Positions 54,218 through 62,042 of a stretch of 64,000 nucleotides of DNA are shown one piece after another. Below the pieces are notes generated by a model. It had not been told where the DNA came from, made no database searches, and saw nothing but the letters and a program-made list of their open reading frames with translations. The stretch is from an uncultured Thermodesulfobacteriota bacterium. GTDB taxonomy: Bacteria > Desulfobacterota > GWC2-55-46 > JADFVP01. The position numbers were made by a program, and so were the translations under genes. Position 1 is the first letter of the stretch, and the number at the start of each line of letters is the position of its first letter. Location: contig CAYOVP010000004.1 of NCBI GenBank assembly GCA_964407495.1, forward strand, positions 329-64,328, read 5' to 3'.

Positions 54218-57200
54218 ATGCGCATAGCACTTGTGATACACGGTTTTCCGCCAGAGAACATGGCCGGCTCCGAGGTCTATACCTGTAACCTTGCCCTCGA
54301 ACTCGCAAGGCGCCACGAGGTCTCTGTATTTCACCGCGTGGCAGACCCTGAGCGGCCAGAGTACGAGATTCAAAAACGCGAGTACAGGGGTCTCAAGATC
54401 ACCACCATAAACAACAACTTCCGTAACTGCCCGGAGTTTTCCTGGACATACCGTAACGACGAGATAGCGCGGCGTTTCGGTGAGTTCCTCGACGAGACGA
54501 GGCCAGAGGTAGTACACTTTCACCACCTCACGTGCCTCTCAACCACCTGTGTCCACGAGGCACGCAGGCGGTCCATACCCACGCTGTACACCCTCCACGA
54601 CTTCTGGCTCATCTGCCAGAGAGGCCAACTCCTCAGAAGAGACCTGCAGATCTGCCCAGGCCCCTCACCGGAGGCCTGCGCCACCTGTCTTGCCTCGCAG
54701 ATCGCAATGGGCGGAAAATCGAGGAAAGCGGCCCAGGCCCTGAAAAAAGGGCTTCCCCCTCTCAGGCGCGGCGGCAGGGCAAAGGAACTCTTGAGAAAGG
54801 TCTTTCTCCTCTCCTCGAAGACCCTGAAAGGAGGTAATGACCGAGCCGCCGAGGAGATAAGAAAACGGGAAGAGCATATCCGCGAGGTCTTCTCGCTCGT
54901 CGATATCTTCATCTCACCCTCAGAGTTCGTAAGGGCGAGGTTCATAGAGGCCGGCGTGCCGGCGGAAAAGACAAGATACCTCGACAACGGCTTCGATACA
55001 TCCTTGTTCAAGGACGTGACAAGGAAACCCTCAGAAAAAATACGCTTCGGGTACTTGGGCACCTGGATACCCTCCAAGGGCGTACACGTGCTCCTGAAGG
55101 CCTTTGGCAGGGTAAGGGATAAGAAGGCCTTGCTCACCGTACATGGCCGTCCCGCGCCATACGACGGTTACAGGGACTATGAGAGCGAACTCAGGGACCT
55201 TGCCAGGGCGAACCCTGCCATCCGCCTTGCCGGGCCCTATGACAACAGGGACGTTGGCCGGCTCCTCTCTGAAATCGACGTCCTCGTGGTGCCCTCCATC
55301 TGGTACGAGAACTCCCCGCTCACTGTGCACGAGGCCTACCTTGCCGGCGTTCCTGTCCTGGCCTCAGAGATCGGCGGCCTTGCCGAGTACGTAGGCCAGG
55401 GCCGCGGGGGGGTGAACTTTCGCGCCGGTGACCACGAAGACCTCTACAGGAAGATATGCGCCATAATAGACGACCCCTCTCTCATAGAGGAGATGCGCGG
55501 TACGATCCCGCCCGTAAAGAGCATAGACGAGAACGCAGTAGAGTTGGAGGAGATATACAGAGAACTCTCTGCCCCTGCCGTGCCTTGCGGTTATGACTTC
55601 AAGAGCAATCTCTTTACCGCAGAGGTAAAAAAAGAGGGTAAAGGCTTTTCCGAGTGCGCATACCCCAGGTTCAAGCACAAGGAGATGGTAAACAAGAGCG
55701 CCTTCAAGGTGGGGGGCGAGGAGCGCCGGGTCCTCTTCGAGCACCCGGCCATACGCGTTGGCGACACTTCAATGACCCTTGCCTTCAGGAAAGTGGAGAT
55801 CAGGCAAGGCGATGCCCTGGAGTTCGGCATCGGCATAAACGAAGAGGCCTGGGACAAGCCGGGCGACGGGGTAGACTTCGAGGTCCTTGTAAAGGAGGGC
55901 GGGACGCTCTCGTCTGTCTTCAAGAAATACGTCGACCCCAAGGGCAAGGAGGCGGATAGAAAGTGGTTTGATGAAAGAGTGGGCCTTGGGGCCTTTGAGG
56001 GCCGGACCATCGAGATACTCTTTCGCACCTCTGCGGGGCCGCGCGGCGATACGGAGTATGACTGGGCAGGCTGGAGCGAGCCCTCGGTGGTGAGCGCCGA
56101 TGGCGCGAGGCGGCGCCTCCTCGATGAACTGGAGGGCGCCTTTATCGTGCGGTACGAGAAGAAGGAAGAAGAGGTCCTCGAGGACGTCCTCTACCTTGGT
56201 GATGATGCTCGCCATGTCGTCTCCCTCGACAAGGGAGTGGAACTCCTGTACAGGGGTGTACCTGTCCCGAGGGGCGCAAGGCTGAGGCTCGGCATGGGCG
56301 CAAGGACCGGGGGAGGAGGGGTCGGACTCAAGGGCGGACTCGAGATAGACATCAAGTGCGGGGCCAAGGAGGAGACCATATTCTCCAAGAACGCCCTGGC
56401 CGTACTCTCCAAGCGTCTCACGAGCAGGGCCTGGCATGACGTGGAGATAGACCTGTCGAGGTTCGGCGGCAGGGAGGTTGACTTCCTCTTCAGGAACAGG
56501 AGCGCCCAGGCACTGGGACTCGGCCCCCTGGAACTAATCTCCGGGGAGAAGAGAAAGATACGCCCCAGGAGACCGGGGCGCACGAATGTCCTAATCATTA
56601 CTCTCGATGCCGTGCGGGCCGACCGCATGGGCTTCATGGGTGCAAGGGGCATGGAGACTCCCTGCCTCGACCGCTTTGCGCGCGAAGGAGTCGTCTTTAC
56701 AAACCACTTCGCACAATCGCACATAACCATACCATCGCACCTCTCGCTTCTCTCTTCCCAGTTTCCACGGACCATAAAGACCCTCGATAACTACCAGTAC
56801 AACCTCCCTCCCCTCGATACGATAGCAGAGAGGCTCGGCAGACATGGCTACAGGACCTCGGCGGTGGTGAGCGTCTCTCTACTCAATCCATCGTGGTGCA
56901 GGGGCATAGAGCGGGGCTTTGACGAGTACTTCCCAGTCCTCGGCAGGGAACGCACCGCCACACAGGCCCTCAATATACTCGGCAACTGGATAGAAGGCCT
57001 GGGCACGGAGCCCTTTTTCTCCTGGATACACCTCTATGACGCCCACTTTCCATACCAGGCCCCAAGGCCTTTTCATGGCATGTACAACAAAGGTGTCTCT
57101 TCCATGGAGGCACCCTCCATAGACGAGATAAAACTCCACCCCCAGACCCGCAAGTGGCTTACAGACCGGGGCATAACGAAGATGGACCTGCCAGTTGGAG

Positions 57201-57871
57201 AGTACAACGCAGAGGTCACCTACCTCGACCATGAACTGAACCGCCTCTTCGAGCGCATGGAGGCCCTCGGGGTACTGGACAACACCCTGGTGATAATAAC
57301 AGCCGACCACGGCGAGTGCCTTGGCGAGCGGGGTAGTTTCTTCTCTCATGTGGGCGTCTTTGACGAGACCATGCGTATTCCCCTTGTCATGCGCCTTCCG
57401 GGAAGGCTTCCTGCGGGAAAGAGGGTCGAGGCCATGAGCATGAACATAGACCTCGTGCCCACGGCAATGGACGTACTGGGACTTGGCGAAGAAAAGACCG
57501 GCATGGAAGGCGAAAGCCTGCTGCCCCTGCTTGAAGGGGGCGCCGGGAGGGTACACGAGTATGTAATTGACGAGGGCGGACACGGCGCACAGGTGGCCGT
57601 CAGGACGGAGAAGTGGAAGTTCATAAAGACCCTTGACGACATATCATACCTTGCCAACTTTGAGCGCAAAAGGGGCGAGGTGGAACTATTCGACCTCGAG
57701 GCCGATCCAGGGGAGAGAGACAACGTTGCCGAAAAACACCGGGAGGTCACGGAGCGTTTCTCGGCCATGCTCGATGAATGGCTCGCCTCGCGCGCAGGCG
57801 GGCAGAAGGCCGAACAGATAGAGGCCGACGATGAGACGAAGAAAAAACTCGAGGCCCTGGGGTACTTATAG
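54218..57871 (+). CDS. Tri-modular protein: N-terminal GT4 glycosyltransferase, two copies of the recurrent beta-rich module, and a C-terminal sulfatase-family (PF00884-like) domain with Thr in place of the formylglycine Cys.
   Basis: GT4: MRIALVIHGFPPENMAGSEVYT...VPSIWYENSPLTVHEAYLAGVPVLASEIGGLAEYV. Sulfatase-like: NVLIITLDAVRADRMG...SHITIPSHLSLLS (TxPSH instead of CxPSR)...ITADHGECLGERG. 1217 aa. Confidence 0.7.
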   Translation: MRIALVIHGFPPENMAGSEVYTCNLALELARRHEVSVFHRVADPERPEYEIQKREYRGLKITTINNNFRNCPEFSWTYRNDEIARRFGEFLDETRPEVVHFHHLTCLSTTCVHEARRRSIPTLYTLHDFWLICQRGQLLRRDLQICPGPSPEACATCLASQIAMGGKSRKAAQALKKGLPPLRRGGRAKELLRKVFLLSSKTLKGGNDRAAEEIRKREEHIREVFSLVDIFISPSEFVRARFIEAGVPAEKTRYLDNGFDTSLFKDVTRKPSEKIRFGYLGTWIPSKGVHVLLKAFGRVRDKKALLTVHGRPAPYDGYRDYESELRDLARANPAIRLAGPYDNRDVGRLLSEIDVLVVPSIWYENSPLTVHEAYLAGVPVLASEIGGLAEYVGQGRGGVNFRAGDHEDLYRKICAIIDDPSLIEEMRGTIPPVKSIDENAVELEEIYRELSAPAVPCGYDFKSNLFTAEVKKEGKGFSECAYPRFKHKEMVNKSAFKVGGEERRVLFEHPAIRVGDTSMTLAFRKVEIRQGDALEFGIGINEEAWDKPGDGVDFEVLVKEGGTLSSVFKKYVDPKGKEADRKWFDERVGLGAFEGRTIEILFRTSAGPRGDTEYDWAGWSEPSVVSADGARRRLLDELEGAFIVRYEKKEEEVLEDVLYLGDDARHVVSLDKGVELLYRGVPVPRGARLRLGMGARTGGGGVGLKGGLEIDIKCGAKEETIFSKNALAVLSKRLTSRAWHDVEIDLSRFGGREVDFLFRNRSAQALGLGPLELISGEKRKIRPRRPGRTNVLIITLDAVRADRMGFMGARGMETPCLDRFAREGVVFTNHFAQSHITIPSHLSLLSSQFPRTIKTLDNYQYNLPPLDTIAERLGRHGYRTSAVVSVSLLNPSWCRGIERGFDEYFPVLGRERTATQALNILGNWIEGLGTEPFFSWIHLYDAHFPYQAPRPFHGMYNKGVSSMEAPSIDEIKLHPQTRKWLTDRGITKMDLPVGEYNAEVTYLDHELNRLFERMEALGVLDNTLVIITADHGECLGERGSFFSHVGVFDETMRIPLVMRLPGRLPAGKRVEAMSMNIDLVPTAMDVLGLGEEKTGMEGESLLPLLEGGAGRVHEYVIDEGGHGAQVAVRTEKWKFIKTLDDISYLANFERKRGEVELFDLEADPGERDNVAEKHREVTERFSAMLDEWLASRAGGQKAEQIEADDETKKKLEALGYL

Positions 57872-57872
57872 G

Positions 57873-58574
57873 ATGAGACTACTGGTAATACTTCCCACAT
57901 ACAACGAGGCAGGCAACATCGAGAAGATGGTGCGCGCTGTCTTGAAGACCGCTGGCGCCGATATCCTCATCGTGGACGACAGCTCCACAGACGGCACTGG
58001 GGATATAGCCGACCGCCTTGCAGATAGTGACAAACGCGTAAGCGTCCTCCACAGGAGGGGGAAACTGGGCCTTGCCTCTGCCTATATCGAAGGTTTCCGC
58101 CGGGCCATCGAAGCCGGCTATGACCTCATACAACAGATGGACTGCGATTTTTCCCACGACCCGGCAGACCTGCCGCGCTTCATAGAGGAGATAGAAGGGC
58201 GCGATGCCGACGTTGTCATAGGTTCCCGCTATGTGAGGGGCGGGTCCATCGTGGGTTGGCCCCTTCTGCGACACATCCTCAGCAAGGGCGGCAACATCTA
58301 CGCCCGACTCATGCTCAGCAGGCGCGTTCGGGACTGGACAGGGGGGTTCAACCTCTTCAGGGCAGGGGCCCTCCGGGAGATAATAGATGAGCAGAACTTT
58401 GCCGAGGGGTACGCCTTTCTCGTGGAACTGAAGTACCATGCGCTCAAGGCAGGGTTCAGGATAAGCGAGATACCCATAGTCTTCAGGGAACGGACCGAGG
58501 GCGAGTCCAAGATGGGAAGGAATATCGTCACAGAGGCGGCAAAGAGAGTCTGGAAACTGAGAAGAGAGGGCTGA
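57873..58574 (+). CDS. DPM1/GtrB-like GT2 polyprenyl-phosphate glycosyltransferase, soluble form
   Basis: LVILPTYNEAGNIEKMVRAVL...ADILIVDDSSTDGTGDIADRLA...QMDCDFSHDP. 234 aa with no TM. Start trimmed to MRLLVIL. Confidence 0.75.
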   Translation: MRLLVILPTYNEAGNIEKMVRAVLKTAGADILIVDDSSTDGTGDIADRLADSDKRVSVLHRRGKLGLASAYIEGFRRAIEAGYDLIQQMDCDFSHDPADLPRFIEEIEGRDADVVIGSRYVRGGSIVGWPLLRHILSKGGNIYARLMLSRRVRDWTGGFNLFRAGALREIIDEQNFAEGYAFLVELKYHALKAGFRISEIPIVFRERTEGESKMGRNIVTEAAKRVWKLRREG

Positions 58575-58577
58575 GGG

Positions 58578-60689
58578 GTGAAGACAGAAAAGGGGGCCCT
58601 CATAACGCTCTTCTTCCTCCTCATGGCCTCGCTCTACTGGCGCCTCGACGTCCTCGGCACGGTAACTGGGGTCATAGCCCCCTTTAACGGCGAGAACCTC
58701 TACGTCCTCTACTACCCCCTCATACACTATGGCATCGAGTCCATGAAGGCCCTCCACATACCTCTGTGGAACCCCTACCAGTCCCTTGGCGTGCCCTTTT
58801 TAGGTTCGGCCCTCTTCGGGCTCTTTTCGCCCTTCAGTATTCTATACTACCTCCTGCCAACGCACACTGCCATGGGCTGGGCAACGGTTATGAACATAGC
58901 CCTTGCTGGCCTCTTTACCTTTATCTTTCTTACGAAGAGCCTGAAGACATCCAGTGTTGGCGCAGTTACAGGGGCCCTTGTCTTCATGTTCTCGGGCCCC
59001 CTCCTACTGGAGATAATACACCCCTCCCTCGTCGGGGCAATGGCCTTTCTGCCACTTATTCTCTACCTCACGGAAAGGGTCTTCAGTAGGGGCAGCGCGC
59101 CCTGGGCCATTGCCTTCGGCGTGATACTGGCCTGCCAGATGCTCACCGGCGCGGTGCAGGTAATCGTCCACACGATCTTTCTTACAGGCGCCTTTGGCGC
59201 CGTACTCTTCGTGCGCGCCCTGAGGCAGAGGCGCCCTGCCATCTGGCCGGTCGTGATTCTTATCGTTGGCGGGCTCATCGCCCTGGCGCTCTCTTCTGTC
59301 CAGTGGCTGCCCCTTCTCGAACTCTCCGGCCTTACGGGAAGGGACGCTGCCGGTCTCTCGCTCAAGGATGCAGAGCCCTTCATAACCTATTACACCCCGA
59401 GAGTCGTCCTCCGAGGCGCTCTCCTCGGCGGACGCGGCATGTCCATCGGCCTGCTGCCTGCGGCCCTTGGTATAGTGGCGCTCCTCACAGACAGGAAAAG
59501 ACCCCTTGTCATATTCTTCGCAATTACCGCTCTCATCACCCTTCTACTTGCCTTTGGCACGTATACACCCCTTTACGCCATATACTACCATTACATACCA
59601 ACGGGAAAGTTGTTCCGTGTGCCTCTTCGCTGGATCTGGCTCACTGCCTTTTCAGTGGCCGTGCTCTCGGCCATGGGCACAGACGCTGTTATCGCGAGGC
59701 TCATCCCCAGGCGCGGACTCTGCCTTGCCGCTATCTCGCTCATACCCTCTTTCATCATCGCCTTTCTCTTCATGAGTAACACCCACCGCCTCTTCAACCA
59801 CCCCCAGAACACACCTGAGATATTCACACGCCACGCATCTGAGGGCGCCTTCCTCAGAAAGGTCCAGGGCTCGTACCGTACGTATATATGGAGCGACTTT
59901 GGCAAGGACTTCTCGCTCCTGCAGAAGTTCGGCACCCTCGAGAAGGTCTATACTCTCAATGACTACGAGTCCCTCAGCCTCGGTGCATACCAGCGTTTCG
60001 TCGCCGCTCTGCTCGACAGGCCCGAGATACTCGCCAAAAAAATATTCTACGGAGCCTTCATGCTTAGCAACGGCAAGAGGAGCCTGCGCCTCATGAGTCT
60101 TCTCAGTACTGGATTTGTCATGCAAAAGGGGGCAGGGCCCTTCGCCAAGAAACTCCCTCCCGGCATGGTACCAATATACAAGAAGAACGGCGTAGTGATA
60201 TACCGCTACAAGGGCGCGCTCCCAAGGGCCTATATCGTGTACAGGAGCGAGACCATAGCAGACGAAAGAGCAGCGCTCAAGAGGATAGCCTCACAACGCT
60301 TCAACCCAAGGGCAGCAGTTATCCTCGCCAGGGACGTGGGCCTTGGCCACGGCGCGCCGCCTCGTCCCTCCCTTACAAGGGCGCGTGTTACGCGTCTTCT
60401 GCCGGAGAGAGTGAAAATATCGGCAACAGCCCTGCAAAGGGGCGTCCTCGTGATGACGGACTTTTTCTACCCCGGATGGCACGCCTATGTAGACGGGGTG
60501 GAGGCCCCCATACTACGTGCCAACTCCATCATGCGCGGCGTTGTTCTTGAAAAAGGCAGTCATAATGTGGTCTTTATATACAGGCCCCTACCATTCAGAG
60601 TAGGGCTCTGGGTATCGATCCTTACCCTCGCTGGGCTCATAGTGTACGCAGGGCTCACCCTTGTGAGGAGGCCCCGGACAAGACCATGA
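58578..60689 (+). CDS. YfhO-family GT-C membrane glycosyltransferase
   Basis: About 13 TM helices in the N-terminal part (…LYVLYYPLIHYG…) and a C-terminal periplasmic domain ending DFFYPGWHAYVDGVEAPILRANSIMRGVVLEKGSHNVVFIYRP plus a final TM, as in YfhO proteins. Confidence 0.65.
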   Translation: MKTEKGALITLFFLLMASLYWRLDVLGTVTGVIAPFNGENLYVLYYPLIHYGIESMKALHIPLWNPYQSLGVPFLGSALFGLFSPFSILYYLLPTHTAMGWATVMNIALAGLFTFIFLTKSLKTSSVGAVTGALVFMFSGPLLLEIIHPSLVGAMAFLPLILYLTERVFSRGSAPWAIAFGVILACQMLTGAVQVIVHTIFLTGAFGAVLFVRALRQRRPAIWPVVILIVGGLIALALSSVQWLPLLELSGLTGRDAAGLSLKDAEPFITYYTPRVVLRGALLGGRGMSIGLLPAALGIVALLTDRKRPLVIFFAITALITLLLAFGTYTPLYAIYYHYIPTGKLFRVPLRWIWLTAFSVAVLSAMGTDAVIARLIPRRGLCLAAISLIPSFIIAFLFMSNTHRLFNHPQNTPEIFTRHASEGAFLRKVQGSYRTYIWSDFGKDFSLLQKFGTLEKVYTLNDYESLSLGAYQRFVAALLDRPEILAKKIFYGAFMLSNGKRSLRLMSLLSTGFVMQKGAGPFAKKLPPGMVPIYKKNGVVIYRYKGALPRAYIVYRSETIADERAALKRIASQRFNPRAAVILARDVGLGHGAPPRPSLTRARVTRLLPERVKISATALQRGVLVMTDFFYPGWHAYVDGVEAPILRANSIMRGVVLEKGSHNVVFIYRPLPFRVGLWVSILTLAGLIVYAGLTLVRRPRTRP

Positions 60690-61786
60690 GCAAAAAAACA
60701 CCCCTCGTAAGCGTCATCATCATACACTACGGAGAGGCCGGTATACTCTCAGAGTGCCTCGCCTCGCTGAAGTTCATAAAGCACCCGAACGTGGAGTTCA
60801 TAGTCCTTTCCAACTCCCCGCGAGGCAGCGCCCTTGATGCCATAATCTCTGCTCACCCGGACAAAAGATTCATCTTTAGAGAGACCAACACAGGTTACGC
60901 CGGTGGTTGCAACAGGGCCGTGGAGGCGGCCCGTGGAAAATACGTCTTCATACTCAATAACGACGTAACCCTTGACTCCGACGCTCTTTCGCCCCTTCTG
61001 AAGGTATTGGAGGCAGACGGGAAGATAGCCCTCGCACAGCCCAAAATCCTCTCCATGCGAGAGCCGGAGCGCTTCGAGTACTCAGGGGCCGCTGGAGGGC
61101 TCATGGACAGATACGGCTATCCCTTTGCCGCTGGAAGGATTTTCAATGAGATAGAACGGGACACTGGTCAGTACGAGGAGATGACGGAAATTTTCTGGGC
61201 CTCAGGGGCCGCGCTCTTCGCCAGAAAAGATATCATAGAGAGAGCAGGGCTCATGGACGAGAGTTTCTTTGCCTATATGGAAGAAATCGACCTTGCCTGG
61301 CGCCTACACCTCATGGGCTTCAAGGTCGTATACGTCCCAGAGGCGCGCGTCTTTCACCTCGGAAGCCCCAACATGGACAGAAAGAGCGCCCGCCACCTCT
61401 ACCTCAACCACAGGAACAACCTCGTAATGGTCCTCAAGAACTACTCGGCAGCCTCGCTCCTTCGTATCCTCCCCCAGAGGCTCGCCCTCGAGGGCGCGAC
61501 AATACTCTATGGACTCATGAGAGAGAACCCGCAGCGCACCTGGGCCATCCTCAAGGCCATGCTTAACGTAACCACGAACCTTGCTTCCATACTGAGAGAT
61601 AGAAAAAGAGTCCAGGCACTTCGCACCGTGAACGACGAAGAGATACTGCGAAAGATGTTCAACGGCTCCATAGCCGTCGAGTACTTCATTAAAAAGAAGA
61701 AAACCACAGGAGAAATACGAGGGGCAGGGCCAAGGCCCTATCTGGGGAGAAAAAACAAGACAAGGGAGAGAGAAGTTAAAAGATAA
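60686..61786 (+). CDS. Glycosyltransferase family 2
   Basis: VSVIIIHYGEAGILSECLASL...FIFRETNTGYAGGCNRAVEAARGKYVFILNNDVTLD. 366 aa. Confidence 0.75.
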   Translation: MSKKTPLVSVIIIHYGEAGILSECLASLKFIKHPNVEFIVLSNSPRGSALDAIISAHPDKRFIFRETNTGYAGGCNRAVEAARGKYVFILNNDVTLDSDALSPLLKVLEADGKIALAQPKILSMREPERFEYSGAAGGLMDRYGYPFAAGRIFNEIERDTGQYEEMTEIFWASGAALFARKDIIERAGLMDESFFAYMEEIDLAWRLHLMGFKVVYVPEARVFHLGSPNMDRKSARHLYLNHRNNLVMVLKNYSAASLLRILPQRLALEGATILYGLMRENPQRTWAILKAMLNVTTNLASILRDRKRVQALRTVNDEEILRKMFNGSIAVEYFIKKKKTTGEIRGAGPRPYLGRKNKTREREVKR

Positions 61787-61792
61787 AAAAAC

Positions 61793-61822
61793 CTTACTTT
61801 CTTTTGGAAAAAAGAAAGTAAG
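61793..61822 (-). terminator. AT-rich hairpin (13-bp stem cttactttctttt / aaaagaaagtaag, loop ggaa) followed by T7 on the minus strand
   Basis: Directly abuts the TAA of the plus-strand GT2 gene. The U-tract is present only in the minus orientation. Confidence 0.4.
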
Positions 61823-61968
61823 ACAAAGAAAACCAGTATGGTTACAGTCCGCCTCTCACAATAAGAACATGAGCAACACGCCGCCCACCCGCAGGGCAAA
61901 GCAAGACAAAGAAAAACAGTCTGGGTGCGGCCCCTCTGCCAATGGAGGCGCGCCCCTGACTGCGAGGC

Positions 61969-62009
61969 AAAAAAAGACCTGGCCCCTCTCTTCCGGGGCC
62001 AGGTCTTTT
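61969..62009. terminator. Bidirectional intrinsic terminator: A7, a 12-bp GC-rich stem (agacctggcccc / ggggccaggtct) with an 8-nt loop, then TTTT
   Basis: Lies 34 nt beyond the stop of the minus-strand SBBP gene (T7 on that strand) and about 180 nt beyond the plus-strand GT2 gene. Confidence 0.7.
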
Positions 62010-62042
62010 CACTTCTTTCCAGTATCCTCTCACTACTTCATG

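Noticed and set aside
54218-57871. Calling the C-terminal domain a genuine sulfatase that removes sulfate
   Set aside because: The C-x-P-x-R formylglycine motif is replaced by T-I-P-S-H, which points to a phospho- or other transferase or hydrolase of the sulfatase fold instead of a sulfate ester hydrolase.
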